64,000 bases of DNA. Origin: Mobula hypostoma. Its lineage: Eukaryota. The DNA is taken from contig NC_086108.1 in the NCBI RefSeq assembly GCF_963921235.1, positions 65,722,001 to 65,786,000 on the forward strand. Reading direction: 5' to 3'. Each line of letters opens with the position of its first letter. Position 1 is the stretch's first letter. A program made the position numbers and the translations under genes. Under the pieces are notes generated by a model. The model ran no database searches and had not been told where the DNA came from. It saw only the letters and a list, made by a program, of their open reading frames with translations. Positions 40,441-53,281 of this stretch are shown here, one piece after another.

Positions 40441-41210
40441 CATGGGATAAGGTGCCAGTGATAAGCCTTGTGGATGACAAACTTTCCAGATCCTTTTGCC
40501 AGATGCAGACTCCAGAAACTGTAGTGCCCTGTTACAGGTGTGCTACAGCTACAGGGCCATTCACTCTGGACGCAGGAAGGAAACTGAACCATGTGGACAT
40601 AGTTGGTTCTGTAATGGATGGAAGATTGGGGTGGCAGGATGGGCACTTGATGAGGGCGAGGAGGACTTGATCTCCTGAGGAGCAAGCCCTGGATTTAGAG
40701 GTTGTTACCAAGGATCTGGATTTGAGGGCATTGGGTCAGTGTGCATACTACTGGTGGCAGTGGGTGCCTTCTGATGATCAGGATCAATTATTGGAGGTGA
40801 GGATGGAAGACTCCAGTGGGAGCTCTGAAGTGTTTGGACATTTGAATCTCTGGACATCAGTGTATCAGAAAGAGAGCTAAATCATTGCTGAGGGTTAATT
40901 GATTAATGACATCAGTGGGTGGGGCAGGGGCAGAATGCTGGGGTGGTGAGAGGCAAGGCAAAGGTTCAAAGGGAAGATTAATGAGCCCATTGATAAATTG
41001 TGTATCTGATCCATTTGTGCCTATCAGACTAAACCCTGAGGCAGAGCTGTTGGTCTTTCCTTAATTGAGATAAGTAAATGAATATAGCATTGTGCGCCAA
41101 CTTAGAATTCTATGTTGTGCAGGTCTTTTGGAGCATTTCTCAAACCCACAACAACTGTCTCAGAGGTTAGAGGGATGCCAACTTAACCACAGCTGACACA
41201 CAAGGAGATG

Positions 41211-41430
41211 CAAACAACAGGAATTCTGCAGATGCTGGAAATTCAAGCAACACACATCAAAGTTGCTGGTTGAACACAGCAGGCCAAGCAGCATCTATAG
41301 GAAGAGGCGCAGTCGACGTTTCAGGCCGAGACCCTTCGTCAGGACTGACGAAGGGTCTCGGCCTGAAACGTCGACTGCGCCTCTTCCTATAGATGCTGCT
41401 TGGCCTGCTGCGTTCAACCAGCAACTTTGA
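41211..41430. mobile_element. Young Penelope-derived fold-back element (86-bp arms, 1 mismatch)
   Basis: Arms at 41257-41342 and 41345-41430. 12-bp TSD CACAAGGAGATG at 41199-41210 and 41431-41442. Confidence 0.9.
41310..41347 (-). ncRNA. Minimal type-I hammerhead ribozyme motif (Penelope type)
   Basis: Minus strand reads CAGUC-CUGACGA-AGG-GUCUCGG-CCU-GAAA-CG-UC^GACUG: helix I (5 bp), intact core, helix II (3 bp), palindromic ACGU in place of helix III, GUC cleavage triplet. Confidence 0.75.
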
Positions 41431-43018
41431 CACAAGGAGATGTATGGGTTGCTGGCTCTCAGGTTGGGAAAGGATGAAGAGAGTGTGGTCAGCTATTCAC
41501 TCCATGGTGTTGTGCTAAACAACAGCTGTTATAGGCATTTGTTTCCTGGATGGAGATGAGCTGATGTAGGTCTGGAGCTGGATGATGTTGACACAGAATA
41601 AACAGTCTAGTGATGGTCTGATAATGGGATCCAAAACTCAATATATGGTCAAGTGTAACAGTCTGGTTTTGATCCAGATAGTTGCCTAGGAGGAAATACA
41701 AGAGAATGCAAATGCTGGAGCATGGAACAAAGAAACGGAACACTGGAAAAACTCAGCAGGTCAAGCAGCATCTCTCGAGGTGAAAGGTGAAAGTTGATGT
41801 TATGGATTAGCATGCTGCATCAGGATTAAATCCAAAATATCAATGTACACATTTGCCTCCTAAGGTGTTGCTTGACCTCCTGAGTTCTTCCAGTATCCTT
41901 TTTTTTCGTTCTAATTGCCTCAGAGAAGGTTGGAATCAGAAAGTGGCGAGTAATATTTATGACTAGGCCAAAATACAATGGCTTCATTCTTCCCAATATT
42001 TAGTTAAAAGAATTTTTCCTCAATTGTCATTGAATATTGAGCAAATGTATAACAACCTACAGAAAATGAAAGGGTCACAAAAGGTGGTGAAGAGAACATC
42101 TCCAGTGAAGACTGGCACATATTTGTGAGTTGGTATATGTTCAAGGGCCTTGGAGATGAAAAGAAGTTTGGAGAGAATACTAGTTTATATAGGTTGTACA
42201 AATTATGCAGATTGATCCAGAGTTAATTTTATATTGAAAATAATGAGAATAAGCTTGTGACTTCTACTGCAGATCACTGAAAGGAACAATTATTTTTATC
42301 AGAGTGTCAGTAACTAAAGTTGATGAAATCCTAGGACAGGCTTTGTTTTCTTGAACAATGCTAGTTATTTTTAACAAAGCCCTCAGAAAACTAACAATGA
42401 TTTCTGTTACTTTTTGGTATTGTTGCTAATTGTGTATGTAGTAACAGGTGTTCAGTCAATGACAGTGGCTCCATTCTTCACAATGTTTAGTCAGAAGAAT
42501 ATTGTGCTCAGTTGTTAGTTGATATTGCATGAATGTCCACAGACAAGGGAAGCGTCAAGGAAGTTGGTGCAGAGCAGAGGTCAGCTCCTCCACTTAAGAA
42601 GCCTATATTTCAAAAAAATGCTTAGGAAAACTTTAATTCTTATTTGCTGAAAGAGCAGCTAAAAGAATGTTAGCAAAAGTAATTGATTTTCATACTGTTA
42701 ATATTTCTGGAAAAAGACAGTAACTGTTTGGTAGTGCATATAGTAAGTGGCTTAAAAACGTGTATTGGTATCATCCTCTTGGATAATTTGAAAGGACTTT
42801 TTCACCACAAGTTTCTAATTTAACTAGAGTGAGCAAGTGCGATACTGGGTCTCCTGCGCCTGTTACTCTAAGGCTGTGGGATAGAGAGACTCAAAATATT
42901 CCATTTCCGTTATTTCTTTGATGACCTAAACAACAGAAATAGACAAATAATGATAAAAATTCTGAGAAAGCAATGTCAATTAAAAGTGTAGTACTTTTTT
43001 CTTCTTCTTGAAATAAAT

Positions 43019-43059
43019 GCGCGCGTGCGTGCGCACACACACACACACACACACACACA
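43019..43059. repeat. (GC)n(CA)n alternating purine-pyrimidine microsatellite
   Basis: gcgcgcgtgcgtgcgcacacacacac... Confidence 0.9.
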
Positions 43060-43735
43060 TTACTTTGGCACATTTTGACATGCAAAATAACCTGCTCCAA
43101 AATGAACTTCAGTGTTCCTCTAAAAAAATACTATCAACTCAAGTACATTAGTCCTATATAGTCTATTAGTAAAGAAACAATTAGCTAGGTTTATTATTCA
43201 AATTTTTGCTCATTTGTGCAATGATTTAAATTGCTCCAAATATTAACTCCGATATTATGTGGTAATACATTTCCTGGAGTATAACTAAAAATGATTTTAA
43301 ATGAACTTTTTAATCCTCAAATAAGCACAGAGGAATTTCATAGTTCAATAGCCTCAATATTCATTTAATGGCTGAGTACAAAGATCACGATAGTGACCCG
43401 TGTACTTATGCCTGAAATTTGCCATGCAGCAAATTTTCAAATATGTCCACAAATTTTGAAGAGGTTCCTAGCTAAAGCAGGGACTACCAAACAAAAGGCA
43501 GGAAACAAAGATTATATGATGCTAAACTGGATTGTTTAAAACATGTAAAATAGGGGGAATGGAAGACTGGGAGAGCTACAGATTTCCACAATTTAAGTTT
43601 CTTGATAACTCTGGTGTAGTGACAAGATGGCAGTTCTGCACAGGGGTGTGGGCACAATGAGCTCAGCATGGTCATGTTATCAGCTTCCATGCTTCCTCGC
43701 CCATGATAAAATTTAACGACACTAAATATATATAT

Positions 43736-43844
<109 letters not shown>

Positions 43845-44470
43845 TATTTCAAGGAGAAGAGAGTATAAAAGCAAGGACACAATACTGGGCCTTTATAAGA
43901 CACTCGTCAGGCAATACTTGGAATATTATCAACACTTTCGGGCCCCATATCTCAGAGAGGATGTGTGTGTTGTCCTTGGAGAGAGTCTAGAGGAGGTTCA
44001 CATGGATGATTCCGGGAATGAAGGGATTAACCTATGAGGAACTTTTGGCAGCTTTGGGCCTGTACTCACTGGAATTTAGAAATATGCTGGGGGATCTCAT
44101 TGAAACCTACCAAATGTTAAAAGGACTAGTTAGGGTGGATGTGGAGAGCATGTTTCCTATGGTGGGGGTATCCAGAACTAAAGGGCACAGCCTCAAAATT
44201 GAGGAGCGATACTTTAGAACAGAGGTAAGGAGGATTTTTTTTTTAGCCAGAGAGTAGTGAATCTGTGGAACGTTCTGCCACGGACTACGGTGGAGGCCAA
44301 GACAAAGATGGAATTTGATCATTCCCTGATCAGTCAGGGCATCAAAGGAATGGCGAGAAGGCAGGTGTATGGGGTTGAGTGGGATCCAGGATCAACCATG
44401 ATGGAATGGCGGAGCAGACTCGTTGGGATGAATGACCTAATTCTGCTCCTAAATCTTATGGTTTTATGGG
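43845..44470 (+). mobile_element. CR1 3' fragment
   Basis: LYKTLVRQYLEY, LGLYSLEFR, CR1 3' UTR. Confidence 0.85.
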
Positions 44471-45239
44471 GCAGAATTTTTAAAGTCCATTTAAGAGAAC
44501 TTTTTGAGCCAATATGTAGATGGCTATGCTGGACCTAATCTTAGGGAATGAAGCAGGACAGGTAGTTAAAGTGTTAATGTATGTGTGTGAGCATTTTGTA
44601 GATGTAACTCATAGCTCTGCAAATTTTAAGGTAGCTATGGAAAGGGAAATAGAAAATCTAGAAAATAAGGTCCTGAATTAGAGGAAGACTGATGTCAATA
44701 TAATTAAACAGGATGCAGCAAACATACACTGAGGACAGCTACTTGCATATAAACCACAACTGAGAAGAAAGTGCCCTTGAAACTGAAACAGTGAAAGCTC
44801 AGGGCCAATTATTCCTGTTAGGGTGAAAGATAAGTAAGGCAAGCCCAGAGAATACTCTATGTCAGGATTTCAAAGGCTCGATAAGGGAAAAATAAAGCAT
44901 ATGGATAATATAGAGAACTGAAAACAGGTAAAGGCCGTACAGAAGCATAAAACATAGAGGTGGATACCTCCAAAAAAGGAATTAGGAGGGCAAGGAGGGG
45001 CTACAAAATATCACTGCAGATGAGATTAAAGAAAAGTCCAAGGCATTTTATGTTTATTAAAGGATTAATTATGGAGAGACTAGAGCCTGTTCGGGAGCAA
45101 ATGGGCAAACTATACATTGAGTCAGAGGATGTGGTGAATATCTTGACTTAATTTAATACCGCAGTGGGAGGGAAGTGACTGATAAAACTTCTGAGAGGAA
45201 TGACAATAGGAGATCATGGATATTCAGAAGGGCTTTATC

Positions 45240-45350
45240 TGGTAATTGGTTTATTATTGTTGAATTATTGTCAGTAACTGGTTTATTATTGTTGGATTAT
45301 TGTCGGTAATTGGTTATTATTGTTGGATTATTGTCGGTAACTGGTTTATT
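45240..45350. repeat. Tandem repeat, ~33-bp unit x ~3.3
   Basis: Unit ~GGTAA(T/C)TGGTTTATTATTGTTG(A/G)ATTATTGTC(A/G); probably an expanded LINE tail. Confidence 0.8.
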
Positions 45351-45351
45351 A

Positions 45352-45655
45352 AGGGTGCCATGGTAGTGTGGCAGTTAGCACGATGCTATTACAGCTCAGG
45401 ACATTCTGCACTTTGAGTTCAGTTCCGGTGCTGTCTGTAAGGAGCTTGCACGTTCTCCCTGTTAACCATGTGGGTTTCCTCCAGGTGCTCCGGTTTCCTT
45501 CCACAGTCCAAAAACGTACTGGTTAGTAGGTTAATTTGTCATTGTAAATTGACCTGTGATTAGCCTAGTGTTAAATAGGTAGGTTGCTGGCAGGTGCACC
45601 TTGTTGGGCCAGAAGGGCCCGTTCTAAGCTGTATCACTAAATAAAAATAAAAGAA
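45352..45655 (+). mobile_element. tRNA-derived SINE (HE1/V-SINE-like)
   Basis: A-box-like TGGTAGTGTGG, B-box-like GAGTTCAGTTCC, core 'tgggtttcctccaggtgctccggtttcc', A-rich tail. Confidence 0.8.
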
Positions 45656-45659
45656 ATAA

Positions 45660-46275
45660 TGTACCAAGATAGAGTTAAGAGCTTTTGTTTGTATGCTATC
45701 CAGATTCATTGTTCCATGCATAACTACACTGAAATATTACAAAAGAGAAAAGAAAACAAGTTTGCAGAACACATTATAGAGTTATATATAATGTGCTGTG
45801 TAGGTAGACAAATAAATTATAAGGGCTATGATATGGTGGATTGAGAGATCGAGAGCTTATCTTTATCATATTAGGGGTCATTTCGATGGTCTTATAACAG
45901 CAGATCAAAGCTGTGCTTGATCTTGTGGTACAAGTTCTCAAGCTTTTGTGTCTTCCACCTAGTTGGAGGGGGAGAAAAGTGAATGACCGGGGCAGAAGGT
46001 TTTCTTGATTTTGTGAGGCAGTGGGAAGTACAGACAGAGTCAATGGAGGGGGGATTGATTGTCATGATAGATTGACTTGTATTCACAACTCTCTGCAATT
46101 TCTTGTGGTCTTGGGCAGAGCAGTTGCCATACCAAGCTGTGATACATCTATGGTGCATCTGTAAAATTTGGCAAGCATCATTAGAAATCAGGTAAATTTA
46201 CCCAGCAGTCTGGGGAAGTAGAAGCACTGATGTATTTTGTTGGCCATAGTGTTCACGTAATTGGACCAGGTCAAA
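45660..46275 (-). mobile_element. Rex1-type LINE 3' part, degraded
   Basis: CITAWYGNCSAQDHKKLQRVVNT. Confidence 0.75.
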
Positions 46276-46279
46276 TCTG

Positions 46280-46952
46280 GTGGTGGGTCCGCTTCTTTTC
46301 ACATCATATATCAATGATTTGATGATGGAATTGATGGCTTTGTGACCAAGTTTGCAGATAACATCAAGATAGCTGGAGGGGCAGGTAGTGTTGAGCAGGC
46401 AGGGAGCCTACATAAGCACTTAGACAGGTTGGGGGAATAGACAAAGAAGTGCCCAATGGAGTATAATGTAGAGAAATGTATGGTCTTGCACTTTGGTAGA
46501 AGGAATAAAGGTATAAACTATTTTCTAAATGGGAAGAAAATTCAAAAATCCAAAATGCAATGGGACTTAGGAGACCTCTTGCAGGATTTCTTAAAGATTA
46601 ACTTGCAGGTTGAGTCAGTGATAAGGAGGGAAAATGCAATGTCAGCATTCATTCAAGAGGACTAGAATATAAAAGCAAAGATGCTTTATGAGGCATTGGT
46701 CAGACTGCACTTGGAGTATCGTGAGGAATTTTTAGGCCCCTTATGTAAGAAAATATGTGCTGGCATTGGAGAAGGTCTTGAGGAAGTTCACAAGAATGTA
46801 TCTGGGAATTACAGGGTTAATACATGAGGAGTGTATAATGACTCTGGGCCTGTACTCGCAGGAGTTTAGATGAATGAAAGGTGATTTTACTGAATCCTGT
46901 CGACCACTGAAAGGTCTAGATAGAGTGGATGTGGAGGGGATGTTTCCTATAG
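46280..46952 (+). mobile_element. CR1 RT fragment
   Basis: KFADNIKI, MEYNVEKCMVLHFGRRN. Confidence 0.8.
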
Positions 46953-48934
46953 TGCTCATCATTCTCTTCCCAGCTGCTTAACTTATCACTTACCAGCCTC
47001 TGTCTCACCCACTTTTGTCCTGCTATGTACTGGCAAACTTTTCAGTTCTCTCTTGGTATTGATGCAGGGTCTTGAGGGCTGAAATGTGGATTTCTACCTT
47101 TCACCTCCACAGAGGCTGCTCAATCTGCTGAGATTCTTACGTCTTTACCTTCCAACATCTACCATCTGCTGTCTTATTTGTCTTTGTTGAGGCTAAGGAT
47201 ACTGCAGGAGGTAGGGGCTTAGTAGCTCAGTTGACAATTTAACTTTTACAGTGCAAATGTGATGGTCTGAAATATCGCATATTTGTAGCACTTGTTCTTG
47301 ACATTTTTTTTTGCCATTTAGAGTATTTATAACCCACAATGGCACTTAGAGGGGGGATGGAGATTGTGGCCCATAAGAAACAGCCAACTGTAAAGCAAAC
47401 CAAGTAAATTTACTTAGTGCCTAGCAGTAGAAACAAACTATACCAACTTCCCTCAAAGGTGCAGTGCGATTTCTACAGGAAAAGGTGAATGTGGGAATTA
47501 GTTACTTGTAAATCACGTGCACAAAATCGACTACAATCATTTCCATCTGTGAAATTTCTGCTTAAGTCATTATTCAATTTATTAAATCCCCATCAATCTG
47601 GCTGATTGTGGAGGTGTCACTCTATTTTCTCCATCTTAATCAGTCCTTTGGGATGTAGCCTCATATGTTTGCACTCTGGTTTTGTGGGTTCTGAGGCAAC
47701 TGCTGAGGTCAATGAGGGAACCACAGACTGTTCTACAGATGGCGCATGCTAGGGCAGGCGGTTTGGTCATTTGTGAAGTGGTGTGCTGTTTATATCATTT
47801 ATAGAGGATGTGGTCCTGGTGCACGAATTCTAGATTCTCATTGCCGTCCTGAATGCTCCTTCTCCAACTTGAGCTGTCATGTGCTGCGGATGTTGCTAGG
47901 GGTCAGACAGAATGTACTAGGTCAGAGGGATTTTGAGCATATGCTTGAAACTTTCTTCTCCTGCACATGACCGGGCTCAGAACAGAGTGTCTATTTCAGG
48001 AGTGTAATATCAAGCATATCCTCACAGAGCTGATGGAGTGCAATTTCAGCCTTGGTGCTGGAGATACTAGGTCACTTTTATTTGGTTGCATCACAGTAAC
48101 AATTTGTGACAGTCAGAGTAAACTTTCTTGCTAAGATCGGCAGGATGTCTTCAAATGATGTCACAGGAGTCCAGTTTCCTGCACATTCCCCTACTGGAGA
48201 GCAGCCAATAAAAAGCAGGAGTATTGCTGACTACACAGCATTCATAATCAAATCACGCATAAGTGTTAATGTGATTCTTGCTTCTTGCTGATGTAATCAG
48301 CATGTGGAATAATTACTATAACCCCCTTTTTAAATCCATTTTTGGTGCCAGTTCCTTGGAGAACTCTATTGTTAATTTTTTAGCCAGACTGGTTGGAAAC
48401 TCCGCGTACTGTAAGTAAATCCTTAGAGTGCGACTCCTAGCACCCACAGTATTATAACTTGCATTATAACTTATAATAAATAATAAAATGCTGCAGATGC
48501 TGAAAATCTGGAAAAGAAATCAAAAATTCTGAAAATAGTCATAAGGACAGGCCACATCTGAGAAGAAGAAAAAAACATTTTGGGTATTTTGATAATGATC
48601 TTTCATCAGTATGTAAATATTGGCACGATAAACTGAAGAAGCAGATTACTTCATCATCATAAGATCTTAATTATCATTTTGTTGATTTCAGTGGAGCATA
48701 AATGCAACTCTACAATGGGCCAAAGTTCTTCTGTAACAGGTTATAACTCAACAATGAAGGAGAAAATTACCTCTCCCCCCTTCCTCTGCCAGTCTGAGGA
48801 ATGAAAGACCTAGCATTGCTGTTCTGGAAATACTAGTTGCTCTCCAATCTCTACAGAAAAAAAAATCTTATCACTTTAACTTTCACCAAGCTAGAACAGA
48901 GATAAAATGTTTCTTCTTAGCTTTCATTTTAATA

Positions 48935-49811
48935 CAGTGGATTCCAGCTAATTAGACCATCGGTTAATTGGGGCAGCCGCTTATTTGAGACCACACTTAA
49001 AGAACAAAAACTGATCGAGAAAGTAGTCAGGATTCCTTTCGAATATTTGGAGAACGATGCAGCTAATTTGGACAGGTGACTCAATCTTTAACTCGCGTCA
49101 GACTATGGTGAGAAGGCAGGTGTATGGGGTTGAGTGGGATCCGGGATCAGCCTAGATGGAATGGTGGAGCAGACGCGATGGGCTGAATAGCCTAATTCCG
49201 CTCATATGTATTATAGTCTTATGGTCTTATGGTCAGATACATGTACTTGTGTGGCCATTACACTGCACATTGCTTACAGCGAACAGTTTTTAAGTAGTGT
49301 CAGTTGCATTTTTTGTGTTCATTAGGCAGCAATTTTTGTTACTGATAGTTGGCGAGAAATAACTGTAAGACAATTCAGAAATACTTTGCTTACTGCAATT
49401 TCAAATACTAAGGCTTGGAGATGCCAGAGACAGCCAGGAGTGGAAATGAAACAATTTCACTACTTGAAGATTTGGTGGATGCATTGTCAAAAGGGTTGCA
49501 CGAAGGCAGCTTATTATCTGTTCTAGGTGTTTGGACTGAGTTTGTTCAGTTACAGTTAATCAAAAGAACATGGCAGTGTACACTAGATGAATTCCTCAGT
49601 CAATTACTATTAGGAAGTAATACACAGTTTTATAGTACTATAGTAGTATTTGTAGCATTGTAATTTGTTCTGTATTTCATTTAAATATAACACACAATTT
49701 ATTACTCAGTTAAACAGTAATTTGTCTTTTTATGCAGTTTTAACTATTTCCATGAAAATTTTGGCTAATTTGTCCTGTTTCAGATGTGTCCCAATTAACC
49801 AGAATCCACTG
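48935..49811. mobile_element. Non-autonomous Tc1/mariner (Tigger/pogo-like) element with a nested CR1 3' tail at ~49103-49231
   Basis: TA|CAGTGGATTC...GAATCCACTG|TA termini. The nested CR1 tail is flanked by GTCAGA duplicates. Confidence 0.8.
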
Positions 49812-51039
49812 TATTTATCATTCCATTATACTTAAACCGAGGATTCACTGATAGGTTCTTTTTATCTACCAACAATGGGATAAAATTCTGGGGTAAACGC
49901 AGAGATTAAAGCCGGAAACCCAGTGCATGATTTTGAACTGTACATTTGAGAGAAGCAAATATTAAATATTAAGGAGGAAGGTTTAGGAAAAGTGTGAATT
50001 CTACTTGAGTATTAAGCATTTGTGCAGATCATTTATATTAGAATAAAACGTTTCTAGGAAAGGTTTGCTGATGAAGAACTACATTGAGTACATTGAGAAA
50101 CTAACGACTAGGGATTTAATATTCTTGATGAAATTGTTCCTTTATTTGAAATACTGCCAATGTCTTTTAATGCTGCATTTTCCATCCTACAGAATTATTC
50201 CCTTGAGGTAGAACATTCTCTCCTCTGGATGGTGGTGGGAGAAGTTTTGAGCTGCACGGGCGGTATTTAGTCCACTTTTTAGAGTTTCCAAACTATTCTC
50301 TGAAGTAATAGCTGAAAAGTGAGAGAGCTTTATAAGAATCGATCCCTTGAATGGACTTATTGATTTCTAAGCTTGGCCGAAAAGTCCGTAAGAACGTGAA
50401 ATGTCGCTAAAATAAATTTACGCATTATCTGGGTAGACACTTCAATTACAATTCTCAAAAGTTAACAATTGCCGTACTGCAAAATATGTTTCGATTTTAT
50501 GAAGTCTTCGCTGGGGTGTCAGAAAGATATGAAAATTTGGTCGTCTTACACCTACGCCCATAAATGTACTTTGTTGAATAATTTGTAGAAATCTGTGGGG
50601 GGGGGGAGGGATTGGGGAACAGGGGCGGGGAAATAGCAAAGACCTCCCAACTTCCTACGCACAGGTCAGGCTTGATTTAATTATCAGATTAGGTGTTTAA
50701 GAGGCGGAACAGTATACATCACACGGATAAAGATAAACATGTGCTGCCATTTCATAAATGTGTTCGCTAGCATGGTAGAAATCACGTATTGTATCTTAAC
50801 CAAGGAGTAAATTATAAAACTTGGAATGCTTCCTGGTATATTGGTCCTCAGCGTGGACACATCTTTATATCTTTGGCAGAATGTAAATGCATTCTCTGAA
50901 CTTTGTAGTAGATAGATCCAGAAAAAAATCCAAAATCAAATTTAAAGATGTCTCTTTAACTCGTAAATTGGATTATGTAATCCACTTCCTTGATTTAAGG
51001 AATTGGATTTAAAGGTGTAAGCTAGGCAGAGGAGGCTAT

Positions 51040-52288
51040 TAAGTTAAATTGTATACAATTTATTAAAAGTAAATTCTTGGTAATATAACATTGCATATAT
51101 TTTACAACAATACGTGATATACATACTGCACGCAAACTTTGCAGCCACATTAGGCTTTACAAAGGATACCAGTGAGAATCGCCCTGTCAGAATGTACATT
51201 GTAGTAGTTAACAGGTTTCGTTACCCAATCTCTGCTAACGCAGAAACAAAAAGAAACACATACAAAATATACTGAAAGTGCAGCGTGAATTATATACTAT
51301 GGTATTCACAATACATATAGCAGGCAAAAAGCGAACGTGGAAAATAAGGAGTGTACCATGCCTTTTATAGTTTAAAATTAACAACACATTGTCCATCGAA
51401 TTATTAAATACATGAATTTCTCTTTTGCAGAATGGTAAAGTACTTAGGAAAAATGTCACAATCTGTACCCATAAAAATGCCTGATATTCTAGTTGTTCCG
51501 TTGCGCTTAAGTATTGAGCACATGGAATAAATAATAATCATTTTCCATAAGAAATAGAAAACAGGGACCTGTAAATAGCTGCAACAACTCTGATAATACA
51601 CAGAAAGTGGTTCATTGTTCACTCAAACCACGAAAATATACAAAATAGTTATCCTAGGAAATTTAATTCTTCAAAGATTTAAACCCTCGGTTTCTTTTAT
51701 TACTTAAATTACAATATAGCTCAACAATTCACGTGTTTTGTTTTTATTTTGCTTCGTCTTTTAATTTATGAGCTTCCTTATTTCCGCTTAAAGTCCTGGG
51801 ATCCCTTTTCGGACGCCCAAATTTTAATGTAAAACAAAGTACCTCTCCCCTGCTCAGTGCTTCTTTGATAAATGATTAGTGTGTCCCGGCTGGTGTGTAT
51901 GAACTGGTTGTGTTGATATAAAAAGCCTAACATGGGGGAAAATTTTACTGTTTTAAATAAAACTAATCCGGTCGTTTTAGGTTTTCCATGACGTAGCCGC
52001 CTTTTCTCTCCATAGACGGTGCTCGAAGCTCGTACAATATTTACATGTACCACGATTTTAGGAAATATTACATTGTCTTTAAACAGATTCATTGATAAAT
52101 CCGGTAAAATTTAAATCCGAAAGGATAGTCATTTTGTTTTTTTGTACCTGAAAATGTTAGTGATACAGAAAATATCAGAAAATAAAACGCTAATCGATTC
52201 GGCAGGCGGTAGTAAGAGTAACAGTCTGTGTTATCTTTCAGCTGCAATTTTCCATTCCCCTTGTCGGCTCTTTTTTTTTGCAAGGATA
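51040..52288 (-). other. TAL1: TAL1 3' UTR with candidate poly(A) signal AATAAA at 51059-51064
   Basis: AT-rich non-repetitive sequence following the stop codon. TTTATT on plus at 51059-51064; other AATAAA hexamers occur near 51.7 kb, so the end is uncertain. Confidence 0.5.
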
Positions 52289-52710
52289 TCACCGTTGTCC
52301 ATTGACATCTGGAGGAAGTATGGAGTGATGGTGGTTTCCGTGTCGTGACTCGAGGTGATCGTGCTCTTCGCTTAGACTTCCCGGGCTTCCTGTTCCATCA
52401 AAACAGCTTCCACAGCTCGAGTCTGGAGACATCTCCTGCATGTCATCGCTGGGCAGCCTCGTACTGTCCGCCTCTTTAATCTGTAGCCCGCGCTGTTCGC
52501 CCTCCTGTTCTTGATCACTCAGGAGTTTGGCCAAGAAATTTATATATTTCATGGCTAGGCGCAGGATCTCGTTCTTGCTCAGTTTCTTATCGGGTGGGTG
52601 TGTCGGGATCAGTTTGCGAAGTTCAGCAAAGGCGCCATTGACATTCTGTTGCCTCCACCGCTCCCTGCTGTTTGTGAAAATCCGCCGGACGATTTTGGGC
52701 TGCGTGGTAC
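52289..52710 (-). CDS. TAL1: TAL1/SCL last coding exon (bHLH and C-terminus)
   Basis: [56 protein letters not shown], followed by SPDSSCGS. Acceptor TTTTTTTTTGCTTCCAG| at 52711/52710, phase 1; stop TGA at 52289. Confidence 0.97.
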
Positions 52711-53201
52711 CTGGAAGCAAAAAAAAACCTGGTTTTAACCAAATGCGTCTCAGACATGTGGAAGTGGTCGCCATGACTTAGAGAAATTTAAGGAACTTTA
52801 TATTAAAGCCGAACGGTCTGTCGTGACTGTCGGATTATGTGCGCGCACACGTGGCCCCGATTCTATCCCGTGCTTTTTCGGCGTAAATGCACAGAATGTA
52901 TATGTGAAAACCTGTTGACAGGCGTGAGCGACAAGGAAACAAAATAGGGGCTGGCTGAGATAGATTTTAGATGACTGTTTTATTAAAGCACGACTTTATC
53001 CTCCTACTGTAGTGCTACACGACATTAACTATGAGCCTTGTAGCTTCCGCAGTTTTCCCCTTTGCAAAATAATGCACGACAGACTACAAGACATTTCCTA
53101 CGGCAGTCGCAGTCAGGTGCCTAGCAACTGTATCAACACTCGAGCAGCGATGTGTACGGTTAAAAGATGTGGTAAATCGAAGGCTGAGTGATTGTCCATA
53201 C

Positions 53202-53281
53202 CAGTAGTGACTTCCACTTCGTAAGGAGCTGGCCTTCGTTTCGCTCTGTTACTGGGGAACATGTTGAATGGTTCTGGATCA
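53202..53281 (-). CDS. TAL1: TAL1/SCL middle coding exon
   Basis: DPEPFNMFPSNRAKRRPAPYEVEVTT. Donor G|GTATGG at 53202/53201; first usable AG gives exon start 53281 (homologous start would be 53293, see findings). Phases 2 and 1 fit both neighbours. Confidence 0.88.

Noticed and set aside
45240..45350. 33-bp repeats as a CRISPR-like array
   Set aside because: Head-to-tail tandem units with no unique spacers, in eukaryotic DNA.
52711..52774. N-terminal extension [10 protein letters not shown]... of the bHLH ORF
   Set aside because: Intronic read-through upstream of a clear acceptor at 52711.
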